In this document: piece by piece, positions 20,447 through 29,965 of the stretch
Numbering within the stretch: the stretch's first letter is position 1
Layout of the letters: each line of letters begins with the position of its first letter
NCBI GenBank assembly: GCA_902540265.1
Contig: CACBLW010000005.1
Location: forward strand, 30,561 to 94,560
From: an uncultured Alphaproteobacteria bacterium
Lineage (GTDB): Bacteria > Pseudomonadota > Alphaproteobacteria > HIMB59 > GCA-002718135
Reading direction: 5' to 3'
DNA length: 64,000 bases
The notes under the pieces: generated by a model
The model's database searches: none
Seen by the model: only the letters and a program-made list of their open reading frames with translations
What the model was told of the DNA's origin: nothing
Program-made: the position numbers and the translations under genes

Positions 20447-21168
20447 GATTTAATTCTTAATGATGATCTTCCCCCATCTATATGAAATATTTGTCCAGTA
20501 ATCCAACTATTTTTATCACTTAATAGAAAACTTCCAATATCTGAGAAATCATCACCAGATCCAATTTTAGGTAGAGGATGCATATTTTCAATTGCTTTCT
20601 TAATAGTTTCATTGCTAATCAACTTTTGTGTCATTTTTGCGTCAGTTAAACTTGGCGCTATACAATTTACTTTGATTTTTGGAGCAAATTCAGCAGCTAA
20701 ACTAAGAGTAAGTCCTTCAATGGCACCTTTTGCGGTAGAGACTATTGTGTGATTAGTAAAGCCCTGTTTAACAGCAATAGTTGAATAAAGAAGAATACTA
20801 CCAGTATTTTTAGCTAGAGTTTCTTGATTAAACTTAATTGCATTTACAGCACTAAGTGTATTTATTTTAAAAGAATCAATAAAATCCTCATCTTTAGTCA
20901 TTTTGAGAGGTTTTAAATTTATAGAACCAACACAAAAAGCAATACCGCATATTCGATCTTTATATTCTTCGGAAATACTTTTAACTTTATCAAAATCTAA
21001 AACATCACAAACTTTATATTCGCAACCAATTTCCTCAGATAATTTTTTTAATTCTGTCTCATTTCTAGAAATAATTATTGGATCATAATTATCGTGCTTC
21101 AATTTTATTGATAATGCTTTTCCAATAGAACCCGTGCCCCCAAAGACAAATATATTTTTGTTAGACAT
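20443..21168 (-). CDS. Atypical SDR family oxidoreductase (lacks catalytic Tyr)
   Basis: GGTGSIG, VNCIAPSLTD, WITGQ.FHIDGG; the YxxxK position reads VSTAK. Confidence 0.88.
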   Translation of the reverse strand: MSNKNIFVFGGTGSIGKALSIKLKHDNYDPIIISRNETELKKLSEEIGCEYKVCDVLDFDKVKSISEEYKDRICGIAFCVGSINLKPLKMTKDEDFIDSFKINTLSAVNAIKFNQETLAKNTGSILLYSTIAVKQGFTNHTIVSTAKGAIEGLTLSLAAEFAPKIKVNCIAPSLTDAKMTQKLISNETIKKAIENMHPLPKIGSGDDFSDIGSFLLSDKNSWITGQIFHIDGGRSSLRIKS

Positions 21169-22216
21169 CTTTAACCTTTCTAATTTTAATTTGATGATAA
21201 CTAATTAATAAAGTTGATAATAACAAAATTGAATTAGTTTGATGTAAACTTGCGACTGGTAAATAAACATTACTTAAAAGAGTTATAATACCTAATATTA
21301 CTTGTAACGTTAGAAAGAATAAAACTAAATATACAAGAGTACTAGATATATTTTTATTATCAAATTTAATAAATTTAAAACAAACAAAAAGGATATAAAA
21401 AAAAACAAATATTGATAACCAACGGTGGTTAAAATTTATTGCAACTGTATTTTCAAAAATATTAAAAATACCTAAATCATCAATAACGTAATCATCGGGT
21501 ATAATTTTTCCATTCATTAGTGGAAAAGTATTAAAAGATTGTCCAGAGTTTGTTCCTGCCATAAATCCACCTGTTGCAATTGTGATAAATATTAAGATTA
21601 CAGCAACTAAAATATAAAATTCAATTGTCTTTGGATTAGATAAAAAACTTATATTAGAAGAATACCTGTAATCCATTGCTATCCATAATAGTATAGAGAA
21701 AATTATAAGAGCATTTAAAAGATGAAAAGTAAGTCTATAAGGGCTCACGTAAGGATTTTCAGTCAAACCACTCTTTACCATCCACCATCCAATAACTGCC
21801 TGAAATAAACCAAACACAAAGACAATACCAAGCCTTATATATAGTGATGATTGAATTTGTTTTTTTAGACTAAAATAAATTAATGGTATTAAAAAGACAA
21901 CTCCTATTGCTCTTGCAAATATTCTATGAAACCACTCCCACCAAAAAATATATTTAAACTCATTTAATGTCATATTTTTGTTAACTATTTTGTATTCTGG
22001 TGTTTGTTTATACATTTCAAATACAACCAACCAACTTTCTAAACTCAGTGGAGGAATTACACCTAAAATTGGACGCCAGTCAGTCATAGAAAGTCCAGAG
22101 TCAGTTAATCTTGTGAGACCTCCTATTACTATAATTAATAAAACCATTGCGGTTATTGTTAATAGCCATATATAAATCGCAGGATTATAATATTTTGAAG
22201 TATTAGCGTAATTCAT
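21161..22216 (-). CDS. ctaA: Heme A synthase (COX15/CtaA type 2)
   Basis: GGLTRLTDSGLS, WEWFHR, GWWMVKSGL, RLTFHL, HRW, HQ. Confidence 0.95.
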   Translation of the reverse strand: MNYANTSKYYNPAIYIWLLTITAMVLLIIVIGGLTRLTDSGLSMTDWRPILGVIPPLSLESWLVVFEMYKQTPEYKIVNKNMTLNEFKYIFWWEWFHRIFARAIGVVFLIPLIYFSLKKQIQSSLYIRLGIVFVFGLFQAVIGWWMVKSGLTENPYVSPYRLTFHLLNALIIFSILLWIAMDYRYSSNISFLSNPKTIEFYILVAVILIFITIATGGFMAGTNSGQSFNTFPLMNGKIIPDDYVIDDLGIFNIFENTVAINFNHRWLSIFVFFYILFVCFKFIKFDNKNISSTLVYLVLFFLTLQVILGIITLLSNVYLPVASLHQTNSILLLSTLLISYHQIKIRKVKDV

Positions 22217-22269
22217 TTAGATTATATATAATCCCTAGAAATAATAAAAAAAGTTGTTATTTTTTACAT

Positions 22270-23280
22270 ATGACAGAAAAAACTGATGTAGTAATTATAG
22301 GTGCAGGTCCGGTAGGCTTATTTGCTGTCTTTGAATTAGGTCTTTTAAATATCAAATGTCATTTAGTTGATAATTTAGATAAAGTTGGAGGTCAGTGTGC
22401 TGAATTGTACCCAGAAAAACCAATTTATGATATCCCCTCAAGACCAGTTGTAACAGGACAAGAATTAACTGATGAGTTAACTAAACAGATAAACCCTTTT
22501 AAACCTAAATTTCATCTCAACCAACAAGTAGAGAAAATTGCTAAAACAGAATATGGTTGGATTGTAGAAACTAATATTGGAACAAAAGTTGAAGCAAAAT
22601 GTATAGTAGTGGCAGCAGGGGCAGGAAGCTTTGTGCCCCGAAAACCTCCGATTGAGAATATTGAGAGTTTTGAAAACAAGAGTGTTTTTTATGCAATTCG
22701 AGACAAATCTATATTTAAGGATAAAAAACTCTTAATTGCAGGAGGAGGAGACTCCGCTTTAGATTGGACAAATGAACTATCTAAGGATTCCAATGTAACT
22801 CTAATACATAGAAGAAAAGAGTTTAGGGCTGCACCTGATTCCGTTTCAAAAATGCAAGAGTTAGAAACAAAAGGAAAAATTAAATTTTTAAAGGGACAAA
22901 TTAAAAAGATTTCAAAGATTCAAGATAATAAAATAATGCTAGAATACGAAAATGATGATGAAAAATTCAATATTGAAGTAGATTATCTTTTACCGTTTTT
23001 TGGTTTAAAAATGGAACTAGGTCCAATTGCGGAATGGGGTCTAAACTTACACGAGAACCTAATTAAAGTGGACACTGAAAAATTTGAAACGTCTACACCT
23101 TCAATCTTTGCAATTGGTGACATAAATTGGTATCCAGGAAAACTTAAGCTTATTCTATCAGGATTTCACGAGTCTGCCTTAATGGCTCAAGAAGTATTCA
23201 AGTATTGCTTTCCAGATAAGAAAAACATTTTTAGATACACAACATCTTCTAAAGAACTTCAAAAAAAACTAGGCGTTTAA
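22270..23280 (+). CDS. Ferredoxin--NADP+ reductase (TrxR-like FNR)
   Basis: GAGPVG, GGQC.ELYPEKPIYDIP, GGGDSALDW, GDINWYPGKLKLI; no CxxC. Confidence 0.92.
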   Translation: MTEKTDVVIIGAGPVGLFAVFELGLLNIKCHLVDNLDKVGGQCAELYPEKPIYDIPSRPVVTGQELTDELTKQINPFKPKFHLNQQVEKIAKTEYGWIVETNIGTKVEAKCIVVAAGAGSFVPRKPPIENIESFENKSVFYAIRDKSIFKDKKLLIAGGGDSALDWTNELSKDSNVTLIHRRKEFRAAPDSVSKMQELETKGKIKFLKGQIKKISKIQDNKIMLEYENDDEKFNIEVDYLLPFFGLKMELGPIAEWGLNLHENLIKVDTEKFETSTPSIFAIGDINWYPGKLKLILSGFHESALMAQEVFKYCFPDKKNIFRYTTSSKELQKKLGV

Positions 23281-23591
23281 TGCCGAAGTTAATAATCACA
23301 GATAGATCAGGTAAAAAGTCTGAAATTGAATATGATAGTAATTTTACATTAATGGAAACCCTTAGAGACAATGGCTACGATATTGAAGCTTCATGCGGAG
23401 GATGTTGTGCTTGTGCTACCTGTCATGTTTATATTGATGAAAAATGGACAAACAAGCTGAAAAATATGGATGATGATGAAGAATCTATGCTAGATCAAGC
23501 TTTTGATGTTAAAAATAATTCCAGATTATCTTGTCAAATTGATCTTTCTGAAGAGCTAGATGGCCTAGAGATAGAAATTGCAACAGAATAG
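23280..23591 (+). CDS. 2Fe-2S ferredoxin (adrenodoxin/putidaredoxin type)
   Basis: CGGCCACATCHV and SRLSCQ. Confidence 0.95.
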   Translation: MPKLIITDRSGKKSEIEYDSNFTLMETLRDNGYDIEASCGGCCACATCHVYIDEKWTNKLKNMDDDEESMLDQAFDVKNNSRLSCQIDLSEELDGLEIEIATE

Positions 23592-23593
23592 TA

Positions 23594-23633
23594 TTGACAT
23601 AAATTATTAATTTGTATACAAACAGTTTGTATA
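23594..23633 (+). promoter_or_regulatory. marR promoter with overlapping palindromic operator
   Basis: TTGACA (23594-99), 17-bp spacer, TACAAA (23617-22). Perfect palindrome TTTGTATACAAA (23611-22) and inverted repeat TATACAAAC-A-GTTTGTATA (23615-33) overlap the -10 and predicted start site. Confidence 0.7.
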
Positions 23634-23639
23634 AAAACT

Positions 23640-24101
23640 ATGGCAGACACTTCTCTTAATGAGAATAGATTAGCATTACTAATTTGGCAAACATCAAACT
23701 TATGGCAATCTAAAGTAAGAAATAAATTAAAAGAGAGTCAAATCACTTTAAATGAATATCTTATTCTCGAGACAATTTATTTATTACAGCAAGAAAACAT
23801 AAATATTACTCAACAGGATATATGTAAAAATGCATCTATTGATAGATCAGTTGTTAGCTTACGTGTTTCTAATCTAGAAAAAAAGAAGTTAATATCAAAA
23901 CAACAGCCACAAGATAAAAGATCTGATAGTTTAATATTAACTGCAGCAGGGAATAATTTAATTAATAATATTATTGATAATATTGTAGATTTAGAAAATG
24001 AATTATTTAATAAATTAGGATCTGAAATTTTTAATTTCACAAATTCATTAAAGTTGTTATTGGGTAAAAAAATTAGAATTAGAGCAAAATTAAATGATTG
24101 A
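23640..24101 (+). CDS. MarR family transcriptional regulator
   Basis: LLIWQTSNLWQ, ITQQDI...IDRSVVS...LEKKKLI, wing motif DKRS..LILTAAG. Confidence 0.9.
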   Translation: MADTSLNENRLALLIWQTSNLWQSKVRNKLKESQITLNEYLILETIYLLQQENINITQQDICKNASIDRSVVSLRVSNLEKKKLISKQQPQDKRSDSLILTAAGNNLINNIIDNIVDLENELFNKLGSEIFNFTNSLKLLLGKKIRIRAKLND

Positions 24102-25677
24102 TCAAGAATTAGTACAATCCTTAAAAGCTTGGCCTTTTAAAGAAGCATTACAAATCATAAAAAAAAATGGTGGTTTACAAAATTTTAAAATTCCATCTAA
24201 GGGATATGTATTACTAGAAACTGGTTATGGCCCTTCAGGTTTACCTCATATTGGAACTTTTGGTGAAGTTGTAAGAACATCAATGGTAAAAAATGCATTT
24301 AGCTCTATGATTGATTGTCCAACAAAACTGATTACATTTTCTGATGATATGGATGGATTAAGAAAAGTTCCTGAAAATGTTCCAAATAAAGAAATGTTAG
24401 AAAAATTTATAGGTAAGCCACTTACTTCTATACCAGATCCATTTGGTAAATTTAAAAGTTTTGGACATCATAATAATGCAAAACTTAGAAGTTTTTTAGA
24501 TGAATTTAATTTCGACTATGAGTTTGTTAGCTCAACAGAAAAATATCAAAATGGAGATTTTAATGAAACAATATTAAGTATATTTGAAAACTATTCAAAA
24601 ATATTGGATATTATTTTACCTACCTTAAGGGCAGAGAGAAAAGAAACTTATAGTCCATTTCTCCCTATAAGTGAAAATTCAGGTGAGGTTCTTCAAGTAA
24701 AAATTGAAGAATATAAAATGGATTCAAAAACAATTATTTACAAAGATCCATCTTTAGACAAGTTAGTTGAAACAGAAGTGATTAATGGAAAATGTAAGTT
24801 ACAGTGGAAAGTCGATTGGGCAATGAGATGGATGTCTTTTGGTGTTGATTATGAAATGTGTGGTAAAGATCTTACAGAAAGTGTTGATTTGGGATCAAAG
24901 ATTTGTAAGGCTTTAAATAAAAAACCACCCACTAATCTAATTTATGAAATGTTTTTAGATGAAAAAGGTGAAAAAATTTCTAAGTCAGTCGGAAATGGTA
25001 TTAGTGTAGATGAGTGGCTGCGTTATGCCTCTCCTGAGAGTCTCGCACTTTATATGTTCCAAAAACCAAAATCAGCAAAGAAACTTCACTTTGATGTAAT
25101 TCCTAAAACTGTAGATGATTATCTTTCTCATTATAATTCATATTCAAAATTAGATAAAAATAAACAGTATGATAGTCCAATTTGGCATATTCATTCAGGG
25201 AAACCGAAAGAATTCAAAACGGAAATAAATTTCAATACCTTAACTAACCTAGTAAATGTTTCTAATTCTAAAGATAAAAAAGTAATATGGTCTTTTATTA
25301 ATAAATATGATGATCAAATTAATGCCGATTCAAATCCTGAATTTGATCGCCTCATAGACTTTGCACTAAATTACTATGAAGATTTTATTTTGCCTAAAAA
25401 GAAATTTTTAGAGATTGATAGTAGTAATAAAGAAGTATTTATTGATATTATTTATGTTTTAGAAAATCAGGTTACTGAAAACAGTTCGTCTGAAGATATT
25501 CAAACATTATTATATGAAGTAGGAAAAAAACACGAATTTGAAAACTTAAAAGATTTTTTTAAACTAGTGTATCAAGTTATGCTTGGTCAGGATCAAGGCC
25601 CTAGACTAGGATCATTTTTTAAATTATTTGGTTTAAGAGAAACTATTGATTATCTAAAAAAATTAATAGATAATTAA
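24094..25677 (+). CDS. lysS: Lysine--tRNA ligase, class I
   Basis: ETGYGPSGLPHIGT, KLQWKVDW, KISKS, QGPRLGSF. Confidence 0.97.
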   Translation: MIDQELVQSLKAWPFKEALQIIKKNGGLQNFKIPSKGYVLLETGYGPSGLPHIGTFGEVVRTSMVKNAFSSMIDCPTKLITFSDDMDGLRKVPENVPNKEMLEKFIGKPLTSIPDPFGKFKSFGHHNNAKLRSFLDEFNFDYEFVSSTEKYQNGDFNETILSIFENYSKILDIILPTLRAERKETYSPFLPISENSGEVLQVKIEEYKMDSKTIIYKDPSLDKLVETEVINGKCKLQWKVDWAMRWMSFGVDYEMCGKDLTESVDLGSKICKALNKKPPTNLIYEMFLDEKGEKISKSVGNGISVDEWLRYASPESLALYMFQKPKSAKKLHFDVIPKTVDDYLSHYNSYSKLDKNKQYDSPIWHIHSGKPKEFKTEINFNTLTNLVNVSNSKDKKVIWSFINKYDDQINADSNPEFDRLIDFALNYYEDFILPKKKFLEIDSSNKEVFIDIIYVLENQVTENSSSEDIQTLLYEVGKKHEFENLKDFFKLVYQVMLGQDQGPRLGSFFKLFGLRETIDYLKKLIDN

Positions 25678-25681
25678 ATTA

Positions 25682-26737
25682 TTGTACAATAGTTCATTAA
25701 AAATATTAAGATTATTACCTCCCGAGTTATCTCATAATATTACAATTAATTTTTTAAAATATTTCAAAGTAAGACAAAAAAATATTGAGGATCCTATTCT
25801 TACACAACATTTAATGGGTTTAGATTTTATAAATCCAATTGGACTTGCGGCAGGTTTTGATAAAAATGCTGAAGTGATGCATTCAATGTTTTCATTTGGT
25901 TTTGGTTTTCTAGAAGTAGGCACAATTACTCCACAAGCACAAAGTGGTAATTCTAAACCTAGAGTATTTAGATTAAGTGAAGATAAAGCTATTATCAATA
26001 GTTTAGGGTTTAACAATAAGGGTATTAAAAAAGTAAAAAAAAATTTAATTAAACACCAAAAATCATATTTAAATAATAAAATTGTAGGAGTTAATATTGG
26101 AAAAAATAAAAATTCAAGTGAAGCTATTGATGATTATCTAATCGGTTTAGAAGAGTTAGGTGATTTAGCAAGCTATATTACTATAAATATATCCTCACCA
26201 AATACTGAAGGATTGAGAGATCTACAATTGCGAGGTAAGATAGAAATATTAATTAAAAAAATTATAGATAAAAGAGATGAAATAAAAAATATTAATACCA
26301 AGCCAATATTAATTAAAATTTCACCTGATTTAAATGAAGATCAACTTAGAGATATAGCTTTAATTTCTTTAGCTAATAACATAGATGGATTGATACTTAC
26401 AAATAGCACCATCAAAAGAGAGAACAATTTAATTTCTATAAACAAAAGAAAAAAGGGGGGGTTAAGTGGCAAACCTCTATATGATTACTCTAATATAATT
26501 TTGAAAAAAATGTATGAATTAACAAATGGTCAAATACCATTAATAGGAGTGGGCGGTATTTCAAGTGGAATGGACTGTTACGAAAAAATTAAATCTGGTG
26601 CTTCTTTAGTTCAACTATATACCGCTTTAGTTTATTCTGGTCCAAATCTAATCAATACAATGAAAGGTGAGTTGATTGACCTAATTAAAACTGATGGATA
26701 TAAAAACGTATCTGAAGTTGTTGGTAAATCGGTATAA
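25682..26737 (+). CDS. pyrD: Dihydroorotate dehydrogenase (quinone)
   Basis: GLAAGFDKN, GN.KPRVFRL, NISSPNT, KISPD, GGLSG, LVQLYT. Confidence 0.97.
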   Translation: MYNSSLKILRLLPPELSHNITINFLKYFKVRQKNIEDPILTQHLMGLDFINPIGLAAGFDKNAEVMHSMFSFGFGFLEVGTITPQAQSGNSKPRVFRLSEDKAIINSLGFNNKGIKKVKKNLIKHQKSYLNNKIVGVNIGKNKNSSEAIDDYLIGLEELGDLASYITINISSPNTEGLRDLQLRGKIEILIKKIIDKRDEIKNINTKPILIKISPDLNEDQLRDIALISLANNIDGLILTNSTIKRENNLISINKRKKGGLSGKPLYDYSNIILKKMYELTNGQIPLIGVGGISSGMDCYEKIKSGASLVQLYTALVYSGPNLINTMKGELIDLIKTDGYKNVSEVVGKSV

Positions 26738-26739
26738 TA

Positions 26740-27576
26740 GTGAAAAAAATAAAATCCATTGAAGAAATTGTTAATGATTATGACAATTTTATAATTGATC
26801 AATGGGGTGTGATGCATGATGGAATATTTGGGTATGATCATGCTTTTAATTCTATCAATATTCTTAATAGTAATAATAAAAATTTATTCATAATTTCAAA
26901 TTCATCAAAAAGATCAAAGTCATCCATAGATAGATTACCCAATCTTGGTTTTAAAAAAAATTCTTTTATAAATACAGTGACAAGTGGAGAAATGATTTGG
27001 CAATTACTTAAAAAACAATTTTTAGATGATAAAAATAAAAAAAATTGTTTTCATATTTATGATGAAGAAAAAGAGGATGGTCTAGATTTTAGAGATGGTT
27101 TAAATTTTAATTTTGTAGAAAAAATAGAAGAGGCAGATTTAATTTTAGCTTGTACTCCCTTTATAAACTTACAGCCAATAGACTACATTCCATTACTAGA
27201 AGTAGCTTATAAAAAAGAAATAAAAATGTATTGTGCAAATCCTGACTTTGAAACAGTTGAAAGTAAAACTAACAATAATATCTTTTGTATGGGTGCTATT
27301 GGTGAAATATACAGAAAAATGGGTGGAAGCGTTATTATAAAAGGTAAGCCTGATGTAAGTATATATAATGAAACTATAAATCAATTTAATTTTGAAAAAA
27401 AAAGATCAGTAGCGATTGGAGACTCATTATTTCATGATATTAAAGGTGCTAATAATTTTGAAATAGACAGTGTTTTAGTAAAATCTGGTATTCATAAAGA
27501 CTTAACTCAAATAAATAATTTAATTAAAAATCATCAAATAACCCCAACTTATATTATAGATAAATTTAGTATTTAG
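26740..27576 (+). CDS. HAD-superfamily hydrolase subfamily IIA (TIGR01459-like)
   Basis: DQWGVMHDG, SNS, CANPD, GKP, IGDSL.HDIKGA. Confidence 0.9.
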   Translation: MKKIKSIEEIVNDYDNFIIDQWGVMHDGIFGYDHAFNSINILNSNNKNLFIISNSSKRSKSSIDRLPNLGFKKNSFINTVTSGEMIWQLLKKQFLDDKNKKNCFHIYDEEKEDGLDFRDGLNFNFVEKIEEADLILACTPFINLQPIDYIPLLEVAYKKEIKMYCANPDFETVESKTNNNIFCMGAIGEIYRKMGGSVIIKGKPDVSIYNETINQFNFEKKRSVAIGDSLFHDIKGANNFEIDSVLVKSGIHKDLTQINNLIKNHQITPTYIIDKFSI

Positions 27577-27581
27577 AATAC

Positions 27582-27609
27582 TTGACAAAGTAATATTTAT
27601 ATTTACATG
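27582..27609 (+). promoter_or_regulatory. Putative sigma70 promoter of the rpmB-yhhQ-tgt operon
   Basis: TTGACA (27582-87), 16-bp spacer, TACATG (27604-09). Confidence 0.5.
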
Positions 27610-27618
27610 GATTTCATT

Positions 27619-27900
27619 ATGTCTATGAGATGTGAATTAACTGGAAAATCGTTTCAAACTGGTAATAACGTTAGTCATGCTAAAAATAGAACAAAAAGAC
27701 GTTTTAAACCAAATCTTCAGAATATAACTTTTGTTAGCGAAGCTTTAGGTCAAAAATTTCAAATGAAAGTTGCTGTTAGTACTATTCGAACAGTTGAAAA
27801 AAAAGGTGGTTTAGATGAATTTCTAATAAACACACCTAATTCTAAATTACCGTTAAAAGCAAAAAAACTTAAAAAAACTATTCTTAATAAATCAGCTTAA
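27619..27900 (+). CDS. rpmB: 50S ribosomal protein L28
   Basis: MSMRCELTGK..GNNVSHAKNRTKRRFKPNLQ. Likely start is 27619; the ORF track gives 27607. Confidence 0.97.
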   Translation: MSMRCELTGKSFQTGNNVSHAKNRTKRRFKPNLQNITFVSEALGQKFQMKVAVSTIRTVEKKGGLDEFLINTPNSKLPLKAKKLKKTILNKSA

Positions 27901-27908
27901 TTGTAGTT

Positions 27909-28745
27909 ATGGACGTTTTAACTGGTATTAAAACTCTTGTATCTTCAATACCTCAAAATATTATTAATTTAATATCGAATCAAAATACTGAAGTAGTTTG
28001 GTTTTTAATGCTAATATTGTGTTTTCTTTCAATATTAGTCTTTTTAAGATTATTTGGATATGTTGGTTTGTATGTCTATTCTGCCATAGCAATAATTGCA
28101 GCTAACATTCAAGTATTAAAACAGGCTAACTTTAATTTTTTTTCTTCAATTAATGAAAAAATTATTCCATTTTATGAACCAAGTCCAATAGCTTTGGGAA
28201 CAATATTATTTGCCTCTACTTTTTTGTGTACAGATATACTGTCAGAATATTATGGTAAAGAAAAAGCTAGAAAAAATGTTCTTATTGGTTTCTGCAGTTT
28301 TTTCTTGATGACGATTTTGATGTTGGTAACAATTGGTATTCAACCAGCTGAAGACGAATGGGTATCTATGGTGCAAGAAAGTTTAGCAATTTTATTTACT
28401 CCAATGACAAGCATATTTGTTGCAAGTATGATAGCTTATTTGATAAGTCAATATTTTGATATTTGGTTCTTTAGTTATTTAAAAACTGTTAGTTCTAATA
28501 AATTACTTTGGTTGAGAAATAATGTTTCTACAGCTGTATCATCGTTAATTGATAATACAGTTTTCAGTATTTTTGCTTGGATAATTCTAAATCCCAATCC
28601 TTTTCCACTTAGTGATGTTATTATGACATTTATTTTGGGTGTTTATCTTTTAAGAGTATTCATTGCTATTCTTGATACACCTTTTATTTATCTAGCAAAG
28701 TACTTTATTCCAGAAGAAAAAAATTCCTCTCCTGAAATGGGTTAA
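27909..28745 (+). CDS. yhhQ: Queuosine precursor transporter (YhhQ/VUT/DUF165 family)
   Basis: ANIQVLK, F..TDILSEYYGKE.AR, ASMIAYLISQYFD, WLRNNVST.VS.LID, DTPFIY; adjacent to tgt. Confidence 0.9.
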   Translation: MDVLTGIKTLVSSIPQNIINLISNQNTEVVWFLMLILCFLSILVFLRLFGYVGLYVYSAIAIIAANIQVLKQANFNFFSSINEKIIPFYEPSPIALGTILFASTFLCTDILSEYYGKEKARKNVLIGFCSFFLMTILMLVTIGIQPAEDEWVSMVQESLAILFTPMTSIFVASMIAYLISQYFDIWFFSYLKTVSSNKLLWLRNNVSTAVSSLIDNTVFSIFAWIILNPNPFPLSDVIMTFILGVYLLRVFIAILDTPFIYLAKYFIPEEKNSSPEMG

Positions 28746-28765
28746 AATTAGTTTTCAAATAACTA

Positions 28766-29965
28766 ATGAAAGATTTTAACTGGTCAATTAAAAATAAATC
28801 TAATAATTCAAATGCAAGAACTGGAATAATATCTACACCTCATGGTGAAATTAAAACACCAGCATTTATATTTTGTGCAACAAAAGCAGCTTTAAAATCT
28901 TTTACTACAAAGGACGCAAAAGAAAATAATACACAGATCATATTATCAAATACTTATCACTTAATGCTTCAACCAGGAAGTGAACTAGTTGCTAAACATG
29001 GAGGTCTTCATAAATTTACGGGTTGGAAAGGACCTATGTTAACAGATAGTGGTGGATTTCAAATTTTTTCTCTTGGACATGGCTCAGTTGCTGACGAAAT
29101 AAAAGGGCGAAAAACAAATTCAAAAAATAAAAAAACTTTAATTAATCTGAATGAAGAGGGTGCTTTATTTAAGTCTTATATAGATGGTTCTACTCATATG
29201 TTATCTCCTGAAAAATCTATAGAGGTTCAAAGAAATCTTGGTGCAGACTTCATCTTAGTTTTTGATGAATGTACTCCTTATAATGTAGATAAAACGTACA
29301 CATCTGATTCTATGTTAAGAAGTCATAGATGGTCTTTAAGATCAATCAATGCCTTTAACTCTAAACTTAATTATAGTCCTAAAAATGGCTCAGCAGGTAG
29401 ACAAGAAATGTATGGGATCATTCAAGGTGGGATTTATAAAGATTTAAGAGAAGAAAGTATTGAATTTAACACAGAAAAAATCAATACTTTTGGAATTGCT
29501 ATTGGTGGTAGTTTAGGATCAAATAAATATGAAATGAAAGATATAGTTCATTTTACTTCTTCTAAATTAGACAATTCTCGTCCAGTACATTTGCTTGGTA
29601 TTGGCGACCCAAGGGATATATGGGATTTTGTAGCAGATGGAATCGATACATTTGATTGTGTAAGCCCAACTAGAATTGCTAGACATGGATCAGCTTTAGT
29701 AAAAGGTATACAAGGAAAGATAAACCTAAAAAATGTTAAATATAAAAATAATTTAAACCCAATAGATAATGAATGTAATTGTTATACTTGTAAGAACTTT
29801 ACACTGGCATATTTATACCATCTTTTTTCTGCACAAGAATTACTGGGATTACAACTGCTTACTAATCATAATATATATTTTATGAATAATCTTATGAAAG
29901 AAGTTAGAAGCTCAATTGATAATAATAATTTTGATAATGCAAAAAAGAAATGGTTAAATTCTTAA
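28766..29965 (+). CDS. tgt: tRNA-guanine(34) transglycosylase
   Basis: [31 protein letters not shown], Zn site CNCYTC...H. Confidence 0.97.
   Translation: MKDFNWSIKNKSNNSNARTGIISTPHGEIKTPAFIFCATKAALKSFTTKDAKENNTQIILSNTYHLMLQPGSELVAKHGGLHKFTGWKGPMLTDSGGFQIFSLGHGSVADEIKGRKTNSKNKKTLINLNEEGALFKSYIDGSTHMLSPEKSIEVQRNLGADFILVFDECTPYNVDKTYTSDSMLRSHRWSLRSINAFNSKLNYSPKNGSAGRQEMYGIIQGGIYKDLREESIEFNTEKINTFGIAIGGSLGSNKYEMKDIVHFTSSKLDNSRPVHLLGIGDPRDIWDFVADGIDTFDCVSPTRIARHGSALVKGIQGKINLKNVKYKNNLNPIDNECNCYTCKNFTLAYLYHLFSAQELLGLQLLTNHNIYFMNNLMKEVRSSIDNNNFDNAKKKWLNS

Noticed and set aside
27901..27908. preQ1 riboswitch upstream of yhhQ or tgt
   Set aside because: The gaps are only 8 and 20 bp and no aptamer motif is visible.
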